DNA of 32,000 bases. Source: Candidatus Saccharimonadota bacterium (GTDB lineage: Bacteria > Bacteroidota > Bacteroidia > Cytophagales > Amoebophilaceae). The stretch lies in contig NZ_OW441264.1 in assembly GCF_936981045.1 (NCBI RefSeq), positions 1,050,001-1,082,000 of the forward strand, read 5' to 3'. This document shows positions 17,974 through 26,922 of the stretch, one piece after another (positions within the stretch are counted from its first letter, which is position 1; each line of letters opens with the position of its first letter). The translations under genes and the position numbers were made by a program. A model generated the notes under the pieces. That model made no database searches and was not told where the DNA came from. It saw nothing but the letters and a program-made list of their open reading frames with translations.

Positions 17974-18106
17974 AAGTTTTAAGCTTAATTAATTTTTTAT
18001 AAGTGGTTTTTAGGTTAGATTAATGTCAAGGCATGTCGATTGTCTACTTGATCACGTTCCTTTGCTCAATATCTTAATTTTTGGAAAAAAATCATAGTTT
18101 AGGTAT

Positions 18107-21100
18107 ATGAATATTCAAGAAAAGCTTAACATTTTATTTGCCGGAAGAGGCACTTGCCACACTGAACGATTACTGCCTGAATTGGTAGAAAATAACCTAT
18201 TGATTAGTGATAGACAATTTAGTGATCACCTTCGATTCCTCTATTTATACACCGACTTACTAGCCTACTATGACAACAATAATCAACGCATAGATCAAAA
18301 TGTCTGGCGAAAGTTTTTAGAGCAGGATGATACCGTTATACGGTCTCTAATTCTACACACCAATATCGATACTTTAAAAAAAAGTATCCATAAACATTTT
18401 TTAACACTACGCAAGAATGCTACAGGGATTTCAGATACCCACTCTATGAATACTATCTTGGTAGTGGCTCAAGAATTAATCATATTGTTGGATTATTGGT
18501 ATAAGAATTTGTCTAATGAAGATGTGGTGCGCGCAAAATTAGATGCCATTATACATGAAGAAATCAATACCAATATCAGTAAAATATATAAGGTTCTACA
18601 ACAGCATCGTAAAGCCAGTTCTATGCAACCTTTTATAAACTTTTCTGTTTTTCTCTATCAGAAGTGTCATAACGCTTCCTTATGGCGATTAAGAACCGAT
18701 TTAATTTATGATGAAATCAATGGTACAGAACCTAATGATGAACAAGTGATCGATATCTTTGATGATTTTTTTGATGCTGTTTTTAATACTATTTATAAGT
18801 TAAAGGAGCTATCTGCTAGTGATTATTTTGATACCCTTTCCTCTCAAAATAAAGAACCACATGTGGCACTTTTGATCGCTTTTCTACAGCTACTTCAGTA
18901 TGCAGATGCGCATCTTAATTATATTCCACAAAGAACACTAGATCACTATTATAGACATGTACTAAAATTTAATAATAATCCTTCCATGCCGGATCAGGCT
19001 TATGTCCATTTTTTGCTTAGTCCTAATCATCCCTTTGCTTTTGTACGAGAGGGGACTCTTTTAGTTGCAAAACATCCAGTTAATGGGGAGGATATTTTAT
19101 TTGAAACACAAAGAAGTATAACGGTTAATAAGGCTAAGATTGCTCAGATTAATACCCTATTGATTACTAAAAAGTTTGATCAAGAAGGTTATAAAACAGT
19201 TGAAATATCTACTACTACCTATGATGGAAAGCTACTAAAAGCGCTTCCTTTTCAGTTGTTCCCTACGCCAAACAATCATGAAATAGTCAAAACACAGTCG
19301 AACGAACAATTGGCCGTATTAGTAGGCTCACCATTATTTTTCCTTTCTGAAGGTATGCGTACCATTTATGTAAAATGGAAATTTACCTTTGAATCCTTTC
19401 AGGTATTAATCAATCGTAACCCAAATAAGAAGATTCCTACTGCAAAGTTTTTAAAACAAGTGGCAGGTATGCTGTATACCATGTCACAGATACAAATTAC
19501 TACTAAAGATGGATGGTTAAGCATACCAGAAGCGTCTGTAACATTGGAATTTATTGATGAAGCGCGTTGCCTACATATGACTATATCTTTAAATACAGCA
19601 GTACCTCCAATAGAAATGCTGCCTCCTGGATACAAGGGTGAAGTAATGAATCCTGGTACCCCTGCCGTATCTGTTGGCCTACGTAATGAAACATCACTTA
19701 CTGGCTTGTATCTCTTAAACGGTTTATTGCTTGAAACAATAGATCTAAAGGTTAGTGTGCAGGGGTATCGTGGATTAGTGCTTCAGAATCAACTCGGTAT
19801 TATTGATAATAGTCAAATTTTTGAACCTTTTGGTCCATTAGCCAAACTGGACAGTAGTTTTTATATAGGTAGTGGAGAAATTTTCTCTAAGAACCTAACT
19901 GATTTAAAAATACATATCAAATGGGATAGCATTCCTACCGTAGAAGGGGGCTTTAAGGCTTATTATGATGCTTATCCTACCAAGGTAAATAACCATGACT
20001 TCAACGTAAATATTGCTTACTTAAATCATCAGCATTGGAATCCATTTTATGCCCAAAAGAGACAAACTGTACCTCTTTTTCAGGTTACAAAAAGTAACCA
20101 AGGTAGTGAGCAATTGGATTGCCTTAGAACCATTAGTGATATTGACGTAGCTGCATTACGGGTCACTAAATCAAACCATCCATTAGATGTTTCCGTCTAT
20201 GACCCTAAAACAGTAGCTGGCTTTTTAAAATTACAATTATGTGCACCAGAACAAGCCTTTGGCCATGCCATTTACCCCAGCTTGATGAGCAGTGTACTAG
20301 TTAAAAATGCTCAGAAAAAGGAAAACGAAGCTATAACTGTATTGAATGAGCCCTACACCCCTCGTATCAAATCCATTACGGTTGATTACGAGGCAGAGGA
20401 GTCTATGGTATTAACGTCCCCTCCTGGGGAAGAGGAAGAAAAGTACTTAAACAGCTTTTTTCATATTTCTTCTTTTGGCTATTTAAAGACATTTCCCAGC
20501 AAGTTAGCTACTCCAGCTACATTGTTGCCATTGGTAGAACAGAAACAATCATTTATAGCTTTTGGCATAGCATATCTAAATAGCACCCATCTGTTTATGC
20601 ATGTAGCTATTGGTGAAAACAACCCAGATCAAGAAACCCAGCGACCAAAATGGTTTTATTTGTCTGAGAATGTTTGGTTACCGTTTGAGGAGGCAATTGT
20701 TGTAGATGGCACCAATGGATTATCTAAATCTGGTATTATAATTTTTGATTTATCTAATTTACCCGGCCAGGTTAATGGCAACAATACCCGTATGACCCCA
20801 GGATTAACCTGGGTTAAAGCACAATTTATGGATAAAAAAGGCGCATTGCCTACTATAGTTGGGGTCTATACGCAAGCAGTTGCTGTCTCAAGGGTTATGG
20901 ATAAAAATGGTGTTTTTTCTGCTCCGGTACTACCTGCAAAAGCAATTCAAGAACTTCAGGATCCTATAGAGGGTATTGAATGGGTCCAACAACCTTTTCA
21001 AACCTTTGGTGGAAGGCAGTTCGAAAATCATCAAGCTTTTTACAGACGGGTGAGTGAGCGCTTAAGACATAAAAATAGAGCCATATCGGTGTGGGATTAT

Positions 21101-21883
21101 GAACGAATGGTTCTTGAAAGATTTCCAGAAATTTTCAAGGTAAAATGTATTAACCATACATCAAAAAGCACAAATAATATGGTCAATCCTGGCCATATAA
21201 CCCTTGTGGTCATGGCTAAAACAGATCCTAGTCTAGGTATGCCTTTCGTTAGTAGACAGCTGTTAACTGAAATTAAAACTTATATCCAAAGTGTAAGTAC
21301 ACCATTTATAAAATGTGAAGTAATAAATCCTGTTTATGAAGATGTTAAAGTTAACGTTACCGTTAAGTTCAAACCGGGATATGAAAAAGGATTATTCCTA
21401 AACTTGCTATACCAGGATTTACATAACTTTTTTTCTCCATGGATATTTAATCCATCAGCGGATGTCCAGTTGGGTGGGAATATACCTACTTCTAAAATTA
21501 TAGACTTCATTAATAACCGTTATTATGTAGAAGGCATAGGAAATTTTTCTATATTAAAGTATTCTGGTAAGCCCCCAGACTTAAAGCTAGATAAGGTGAC
21601 AACCTATGATAGTCATTTATTTGCCGGGTATCCGTGGTCTGTTATGGTTTCTTCAAAAAATCATAAGATGTCTGTTGTGGATAAATTCGATGCTGCTGTC
21701 AAATTACGTCATGGTAGTATAGGCGATATGGCTATTTCTGAAGATTTTATAGTAGGTCCATGGGAGTATCCTAAGGAAGAGGAATCTACACCATGCGTGG
21801 ATAAAGATGCAGCCATACCAAGTTTAGCAGAATACTGTTTAATCACTAAAAAATATATTAGCACCGATCATGGCAATCACTAG
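18107..21883 (+). CDS. large contractile-injection-system baseplate wedge protein, Baseplate_J/gp6-like (Afp11/Pvc11/Cis11-like) with a long unassigned N-terminal region
   Basis: Uninterrupted 1258-aa ORF. The block RHKNRAISVWDYERMVLERFPEIFKVKCI...NPGHITLVVMAKTD (about 21060-21240) matches my recollection of the RAVTxxDYExLxLxxPxV ... GxVxVVVxP signature of putative baseplate assembly proteins (TIGR02243/Baseplate_J type) of Afp/PVC-like systems. That it is coding is near certain; the functional call is moderate. Confidence 0.55.
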   Translation: MNIQEKLNILFAGRGTCHTERLLPELVENNLLISDRQFSDHLRFLYLYTDLLAYYDNNNQRIDQNVWRKFLEQDDTVIRSLILHTNIDTLKKSIHKHFLTLRKNATGISDTHSMNTILVVAQELIILLDYWYKNLSNEDVVRAKLDAIIHEEINTNISKIYKVLQQHRKASSMQPFINFSVFLYQKCHNASLWRLRTDLIYDEINGTEPNDEQVIDIFDDFFDAVFNTIYKLKELSASDYFDTLSSQNKEPHVALLIAFLQLLQYADAHLNYIPQRTLDHYYRHVLKFNNNPSMPDQAYVHFLLSPNHPFAFVREGTLLVAKHPVNGEDILFETQRSITVNKAKIAQINTLLITKKFDQEGYKTVEISTTTYDGKLLKALPFQLFPTPNNHEIVKTQSNEQLAVLVGSPLFFLSEGMRTIYVKWKFTFESFQVLINRNPNKKIPTAKFLKQVAGMLYTMSQIQITTKDGWLSIPEASVTLEFIDEARCLHMTISLNTAVPPIEMLPPGYKGEVMNPGTPAVSVGLRNETSLTGLYLLNGLLLETIDLKVSVQGYRGLVLQNQLGIIDNSQIFEPFGPLAKLDSSFYIGSGEIFSKNLTDLKIHIKWDSIPTVEGGFKAYYDAYPTKVNNHDFNVNIAYLNHQHWNPFYAQKRQTVPLFQVTKSNQGSEQLDCLRTISDIDVAALRVTKSNHPLDVSVYDPKTVAGFLKLQLCAPEQAFGHAIYPSLMSSVLVKNAQKKENEAITVLNEPYTPRIKSITVDYEAEESMVLTSPPGEEEEKYLNSFFHISSFGYLKTFPSKLATPATLLPLVEQKQSFIAFGIAYLNSTHLFMHVAIGENNPDQETQRPKWFYLSENVWLPFEEAIVVDGTNGLSKSGIIIFDLSNLPGQVNGNNTRMTPGLTWVKAQFMDKKGALPTIVGVYTQAVAVSRVMDKNGVFSAPVLPAKAIQELQDPIEGIEWVQQPFQTFGGRQFENHQAFYRRVSERLRHKNRAISVWDYERMVLERFPEIFKVKCINHTSKSTNNMVNPGHITLVVMAKTDPSLGMPFVSRQLLTEIKTYIQSVSTPFIKCEVINPVYEDVKVNVTVKFKPGYEKGLFLNLLYQDLHNFFSPWIFNPSADVQLGGNIPTSKIIDFINNRYYVEGIGNFSILKYSGKPPDLKLDKVTTYDSHLFAGYPWSVMVSSKNHKMSVVDKFDAAVKLRHGSIGDMAISEDFIVGPWEYPKEEESTPCVDKDAAIPSLAEYCLITKKYISTDHGNH

Positions 21884-22610
21884 TAGAGAGGCACTAAAGA
21901 AAAGCTTTGAAAAAGGATCTATCCCTACCCAACGTGATTTTGAGGATTTGATAGACTCAATGTTTCACAAACAAGATGATAAGATTATTTCTCAGGATCA
22001 TGGCTTAAGTTTATCTCCTAAAGGGAGCTCCGCTAAGTTGATAACGTTTTTCAATAATTTGAATGATTTTAAACCTACTTGGAGTATTGAACAATATCCT
22101 AAAAACACGCCAAATTTTGGATTTAATCTTGTGGATAAGCAAGGAGAGAGTAAGCTGCTTATTCAAACAAATGGATATGTTGGTATAGGTACTACCAATC
22201 CATTCGAAAGATTAACCGTAAATGGTAACATCAGCATACATGGACGTAGGGGCGCTTATGCTGCTGGTACAGTCCCCGGTGATGGTAATTGGTATAATAT
22301 TACGCCTCCATTAAATGCATGCCATGCATTTGAAGTAATTGCTAAAATTGGTAAACAGGGGCGTGGGTTATATGCTATGACCCACGCTATAGCACTGAGT
22401 ACATTTGGAGATTCCAATAATAAGATTAATACTGTAAAGGCCTATTATGGCAGTTTCAGAAATAAAATTAACCTTCGCTGGACGGGCGATACCTTTAATT
22501 ACACGTTGCAAATAAGAACACAACGTGATTATGGAGAAAATAGTATGATTAAATATTATGTGACCAATTTATGGTGGGAAGAAGAAGAGCATGAGGCCGT
22601 ACATCAATAA
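21870..22610 (+). CDS. tail-fibre-like / baseplate-attached protein (short fibre)
   Basis: Overlaps the upstream gene by 14 nt, which suggests translational coupling. The N-terminal KKSFEKGSIPTQRDFEDLIDS motif and NGYVGIGTTNPFERLTVNGNISIHG are, from memory, recurrent motifs of phage and CIS tail-fibre proteins in Bacteroidota. Confidence 0.5.
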   Translation: MAITSREALKKSFEKGSIPTQRDFEDLIDSMFHKQDDKIISQDHGLSLSPKGSSAKLITFFNNLNDFKPTWSIEQYPKNTPNFGFNLVDKQGESKLLIQTNGYVGIGTTNPFERLTVNGNISIHGRRGAYAAGTVPGDGNWYNITPPLNACHAFEVIAKIGKQGRGLYAMTHAIALSTFGDSNNKINTVKAYYGSFRNKINLRWTGDTFNYTLQIRTQRDYGENSMIKYYVTNLWWEEEEHEAVHQ

Positions 22611-22643
22611 CAAAGGAATTTTTGCCTTACTTTTTGTTTGATC

Positions 22644-22770
22644 AAAGGCATTTGTATGCTACTTTTTTCTTGACAAAGAACAAAAAATAAATCCTTAATG
22701 TAAAAAACTGTTGCAAGTCTACCCAGAAGGCTGGAAAATCAGAACCCGCCGAACGGCCCCCGTGTCTACC
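22644..22770 (+). repeat. intergenic repeat family, copy C1 (degenerate)
   Basis: aaaggcatttgtatgctacttttttcttgacaaag...ctggaaaatcagaacccgccgaacggccccc aligns with C2 and with the reverse complement of C3. The head motif is itself duplicated just upstream (22627-22645). Confidence 0.6.
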
Positions 22771-22939
22771 ACTGACTTCAACAGATACTATGTTTCTGGC
22801 ACCATTTCGTGAACGGGTAATAAAAAATAAGATAGGTAAACACTTATTTTCTAGATAAAGAGCTATTTAGAAAACTAAGAAACTTTCTTAAATTACCGGT
22901 ATCGTTCTATGTAAGAAATTATACTATTTTTATACACCC

Positions 22940-23209
22940 ATGAAAAAAGAGATTCATCCGGAATATAGGCCAGTTGTTTTTTTGGATACTTCTAGCGGTG
23001 CCAAGTTTATGACCCGTTCTACTATATCTACCTCAGAAACTATTGAGTGGGAGGATAAAAAAATATATCCTTTATTCAAAGTGGAAGTTAGCTATGTTTC
23101 CCATCCTTTTTATACAGGTAAGAAAATTTTTGTAGATACAGCAGGTAGGATTGAACGTTTCAATCAAAAATACAAAAAGAAAAATGTTGCCATTAAAATA
23201 GAGCAGTAA
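22940..23209 (+). CDS. rpmE2: 50S ribosomal protein L31, type B (no CxxC zinc motif)
   Basis: [14 protein letters not shown]...HPFYTGK with no Cys pairs; 89 aa. Confidence 0.9.
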   Translation: MKKEIHPEYRPVVFLDTSSGAKFMTRSTISTSETIEWEDKKIYPLFKVEVSYVSHPFYTGKKIFVDTAGRIERFNQKYKKKNVAIKIEQ

Positions 23210-23219
23210 ACAATGCAGT

Positions 23220-23370
23220 CATTTATATGCTACTTTTTGCTGGATCAAAAATTAGCTAAAAGATCAAGCCCTATGCAAGAATTTTCTGACAAGCTGTCCT
23301 TAAAGTTGGAAAATCAAAAGTCGCCCCGGGGCCCCATTAAACTGGTTTTCTACTTATCTTTAAGGATAAC
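23220..23370 (+). repeat. intergenic repeat family, copy C2, with palindrome GCCCCGGGGCCCC
   Basis: About 75-80% identity by eye to the reverse complement of 24628-24780 over ~150 nt. The palindrome is at 23323-23335. The 86-aa track ORF across it is probably spurious. Confidence 0.65.
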
Positions 23371-23487
23371 CTTCCTACTGGCAATTTTTACAGAGGATAT
23401 TTTTCTTGTTTTTACGCAGTGTGGCCAGGTAGCTGAATCAGTACAAAACCACTTGCCTAAACAGATGCCTTAAAGTTATCATTTGAA

Positions 23488-24609
23488 ATGCAATTTGCAG
23501 AGATACCTAAGCACCATGCTTTTAAAAACACTTTAATAAGAATGGCGGTTACAGGTAAGGTGGCTCATGCACAGCTTTTTGCAGGTCCTGCTGGTTCTGC
23601 AAGTCTTGCTTTAGCATTAGCTTTTGCTACTTATTTAAATTGCAGTGGCCGCCAGGAAGCTGATGCCTGTGGGAATTGTTTTTCTTGTGCGAGCATGGCG
23701 CAGTTTACCCATCCAGATTTGCAACTCGTATTTCCTAAAAAGGCGAGTAGTGCTGTTTCGGAAACGCAATCAACCTATTTAGAAGCATTCCGTAATTGCC
23801 TTAAGGAAAATCCTTTTTTGACCCTAGAGGAGTGGGTTAGTGCCATGCATTATGATCGTAAACAGTGCCAAATTAGTAGACAAGAGGTCAGTAAGATTAT
23901 CCAACAACTTAGCTTAAAACCTTTTATGGGGCCCTATAAAATCGTCTGCATATGGCTACCAGAATATCTTCATCATACAGCGGCTAATGCACTGTTGAAA
24001 ACCCTAGAAGAGCCACCTATAGATACTGTCTTTTTGTTGGTCAGTTCCAATAGAGACAAAATTTTATCCACCATTAGGTCCCGCAGTCAACAGCACACCA
24101 TTCCTCCGTGTTCCGAAGAAGCTATTCAGCAGGTGCTGCAGCATAAATATAGAGACTTAGACGTGCATCGATGCAAAGAAATCACATTTTTGGCTCAAGG
24201 AAATCTGTCTAAAGCTTTTCAATTGATCAACCAAGGCGTTGAGGATAATTTTGAACGTTTTAGCCATTGGATGCGTAGTTGCTATAGTGGTGATTTGATT
24301 AAGTTGGTGGAACAGTCTGAAACATTTTACAAGCTATCTGTTGATACACAAAAAAGTTTTTTTACTTACGCACTACAACTGACCAGGGTTACTTTATTAA
24401 GCAAGTTGGAGTGCCCCCTTCTGCCAATACATTTAACCGCTGAGGAAGCGTTTAGCAAAAAATTTGGCCTTAATGTGACCATGAGTCAACTAAAAGATAT
24501 TATAGCAGAATTGGCTCAGGCCTATGCTTATTTAGAACGAAATGCCAATGCAAAAATGGTTTATGCCCATGCCTCTATTCAAATCGTAAATATTTTTGGT
24601 TCTGTGTAG
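23488..24609 (+). CDS. holB: DNA polymerase III delta' subunit
   Basis: AHAQLFAGPAGSASLALA (degenerate P-loop), the Zn module CSGRQEADACGNCFSC, HPDL, LLKTLEEPP and SRSQ are the clamp-loader delta' pattern. Confidence 0.85.
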   Translation: MQFAEIPKHHAFKNTLIRMAVTGKVAHAQLFAGPAGSASLALALAFATYLNCSGRQEADACGNCFSCASMAQFTHPDLQLVFPKKASSAVSETQSTYLEAFRNCLKENPFLTLEEWVSAMHYDRKQCQISRQEVSKIIQQLSLKPFMGPYKIVCIWLPEYLHHTAANALLKTLEEPPIDTVFLLVSSNRDKILSTIRSRSQQHTIPPCSEEAIQQVLQHKYRDLDVHRCKEITFLAQGNLSKAFQLINQGVEDNFERFSHWMRSCYSGDLIKLVEQSETFYKLSVDTQKSFFTYALQLTRVTLLSKLECPLLPIHLTAEEAFSKKFGLNVTMSQLKDIIAELAQAYAYLERNANAKMVYAHASIQIVNIFGSV

Positions 24610-24627
24610 CCTTTAGAAAGGCTACAC
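24604..24627. terminator. perfect 11-bp inverted repeat (hairpin) overlapping the holB stop codon; possible terminator
   Basis: gtgtagccttt-ag-aaaggctacac read directly from the sequence. No flanking U-tract on either strand, so intrinsic-terminator function is uncertain. Confidence 0.3.
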
Positions 24628-24780
24628 TTAGAAAGGCATAGAAAATCAATTTAATGGGGCCCCGGGGCGGCTGCTGATTTTCCAGCTTTAAGGGAACACT
24701 TTCAGCAACTTTTTGCACAGGACTTGATTTTTTGCATACTTCTTTATCAAGAAAAAAGTGTGATATAAATTCCTTTTTTA
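24628..24780 (-). repeat. intergenic repeat family, copy C3 (inverted relative to C2), with palindrome GGGGCCCCGGGGC
   Basis: The reverse complement aligns with C2 (..tcaagtcctgtgcaaaaagttgctgaaagtgttcccttaaagctggaaaatcagcagccgccccggggccccattaaattgattttctat). The palindrome is at 24657-24669. Confidence 0.65.
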
Positions 24781-24792
24781 TAAGCCCTTCCA

Positions 24793-26886
24793 CTAGCATA
24801 ACCAAAAATTAATATGTCGTTTGTCCAAATCGCAATTTTTGACTTTGACCTTTACGATATCCCCTAATCGGTAACATTTTTTAGTGTGTTTTCCAATTAC
24901 TTGAAAGTTGTTTTCTTTAAAGGTATAGCTATCATCAGTAAGGTCTGATAAGCGCACCATACCTTCACAGCCATTAGATAGGATTTCTATGTAGATATTC
25001 CATTCGGTTAGGCCGCTGATGATGCCTTCAAATATTTCGTCTTTTAGGTTTTGTATAAACTCTACTTGCTTATACTTTATAGATGCCCTTTCTGCATTTG
25101 CAGCAAGGTATTCTCGTTCTACAGCATATTGACATTTTTTTTCATAGAATGCTACATCATAGATGCGTTCACCTTTTAAATATTTTTTCAAAAGACGGTG
25201 TACCAATACGTCTGAGTATCTTCTAATCGGGGAAGTAAAATGGGTATAATGTGCAAAGGCCAATGCAAAGTGCGGATTGGGTTTTGTAGTGTAGAGCGCC
25301 TTGGCCATAGACCGAATGGCTAGTGATTGTATAATATTCTCTTCTTGCTTGCCCTGAATGGCCCGTTCTAGATCATGCATGGCTTTATATATAGGTGCTG
25401 TATTTATTTTATAGCCTAGTTGAATTACAAATAAAAAGAATTCATCTAACTTATCTGGATCCGGATGGTCATGGGTTCTATATATAAAAGTAGGTCCTAG
25501 TTTTTCCTGTTTTTGTTTTAGTTTGGCTACATAGGTGGCTACTTCTTTATTAGCCAGTAACATAAACTCCTCAATAAGCTTATGCGCATCTGTACGGACC
25601 TTTGGCACCATATCTAGTGGTTTGCCATTGGCATCCAGTTCGAACACTAGTTCTCTGGTTTCAAAATTAATCGCTCCTTTTTGTAAGCGTTTTGCTCGAA
25701 GCTGTTTGGCTAGGTTATTCAATACTGTAAGCGCTTGGTAACAATCTCTCGTTTGTGCATCTATTGCCGCTTGGGCTTCTTCGTAAGTAAATCTTTTATT
25801 AGAATAAATAATGGTTTCTCCCAACCATTTGTCATAAATTTTTCCTTGTGCATCCAATTCGAAAATTGCTGAAAAGGTTAATTTAGTTTCGTTTGGGCGT
25901 AAAGAACATAGTTCATTAGAAAGTAGTTCTGGAAGCATCGGAATACAACGATCTACTAGATAAACAGAGGTATTGCGCGCATAGGCTTCCCGATCTAGGG
26001 GACTGTCTGGTAAAACATAATAACTTACGTCTGCAATATGAATCCCTACTTGATGGGCGCCATTGGCTAATGGTTGGTAGGAGAGGGCATCATCAAAATC
26101 CTTGGCGTCTACTGGGTCTATGGTAAAGGTAGGTATATGCCGAAGGTCTCTTCTTTTACTTATTTCCGCTTCAGTAATAACCGTAGGTATGTTTTTGGTA
26201 TGTTCAAGAACACTTTCTGGAAAGGTATCCTTTAAACCAAACTCAGCCATAATGGCATGCATCTCTACCTCATGTAGACCAGCCTCACCTAGATGTTGCA
26301 CTACTTTACCCGTCAATTGATTATGGGCATTAGGAAAAGAAGTGAACGCAATGACCACTTTATCATTTTCTTGAAGCATAGAGCTATTTTCCTGTTCTAA
26401 TAAAACGGTGTAAGCAGTGCGTTTTTGTTGAACTATGGCTTGGGGTTGGTTTCCAGAAACAGTGATGCGCCCAATTACAGATGCCGTGTTGCGTTCAATA
26501 ATTTCCACTACCACACCCTCTGGTCGCTTACCACGTCGGCTTGGAAACAAGCAAACTTTAACCAAATCTTTGTCTAATGCAGATAGCAGGTCTTTTTGAC
26601 GTACCAATACATCTTTGGGTTGATCCGGTGCCACAATATAAGCATATTCAGCACGCACATAATCTACTCGGCCTGTGATGTAAATAGGTGCGCCAGCATG
26701 TAGATAACCTCCTTTGCTTACTTTTTTAATGGTACCCTCATGTAAAAGATCTAATAAAGCCTTTTTCACTTTTGCTCTATCTGATTTGCCTGTGACCTTT
26801 AGCACCCTATAGAGTTGTTGTAGGGTGTAGGCTTGATTTGGATCCTGTTGTAAGGTAGTAACAATAGGTGTAGTATAGTTTTGCAC
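24793..26886 (-). CDS. rnr: ribonuclease R (RNB-family 3'-5' exoribonuclease)
   Basis: N-terminal HTH/cold-shock-like region, an RNB domain (TIDPVDAKDFDDALS, VYLVDRCIPMLPE, FTSPIRRYSDVLVHR) and a C-terminal S1 domain. GTG start at 26886. Confidence 0.95.
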   Translation of the reverse strand: MQNYTTPIVTTLQQDPNQAYTLQQLYRVLKVTGKSDRAKVKKALLDLLHEGTIKKVSKGGYLHAGAPIYITGRVDYVRAEYAYIVAPDQPKDVLVRQKDLLSALDKDLVKVCLFPSRRGKRPEGVVVEIIERNTASVIGRITVSGNQPQAIVQQKRTAYTVLLEQENSSMLQENDKVVIAFTSFPNAHNQLTGKVVQHLGEAGLHEVEMHAIMAEFGLKDTFPESVLEHTKNIPTVITEAEISKRRDLRHIPTFTIDPVDAKDFDDALSYQPLANGAHQVGIHIADVSYYVLPDSPLDREAYARNTSVYLVDRCIPMLPELLSNELCSLRPNETKLTFSAIFELDAQGKIYDKWLGETIIYSNKRFTYEEAQAAIDAQTRDCYQALTVLNNLAKQLRAKRLQKGAINFETRELVFELDANGKPLDMVPKVRTDAHKLIEEFMLLANKEVATYVAKLKQKQEKLGPTFIYRTHDHPDPDKLDEFFLFVIQLGYKINTAPIYKAMHDLERAIQGKQEENIIQSLAIRSMAKALYTTKPNPHFALAFAHYTHFTSPIRRYSDVLVHRLLKKYLKGERIYDVAFYEKKCQYAVEREYLAANAERASIKYKQVEFIQNLKDEIFEGIISGLTEWNIYIEILSNGCEGMVRLSDLTDDSYTFKENNFQVIGKHTKKCYRLGDIVKVKVKNCDLDKRHINFWLC

Positions 26887-26922
26887 TGCTCTTGTACGTT
26901 TGGTCTTATGAGTAGGGGATAG

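Noticed and set aside
19399-19635. 78-aa antisense ORF inside the baseplate-like gene; similarly 16345..16560, 25535..25741, 26102..26320, 28674..28986 and 30412..30603
   Set aside because: Each lies inside a much longer, well-supported ORF on the other strand or frame, and has no independent evidence.
17410-22610. Baseplate and fibre genes as part of an integrated prophage
   Set aside because: The window has no capsid, portal, terminase, tape-measure, lysis or integrase genes, and no att-like repeats. The flanks are IS debris and housekeeping genes. A CIS-type or relic module fits better than a prophage.
23213-23473. 86-aa ORF, and the homologous 76-aa ORF at 24575..24805, as a small conserved protein family
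   Set aside because: The shared similarity coincides with a nucleotide repeat whose third copy (22644-22770) has stop codons in the corresponding frame. The ORFs extend into unrelated flanking sequence, and one overlaps the holB and rnr ends. I treated them as a non-coding repeat, but flagged it for testing.
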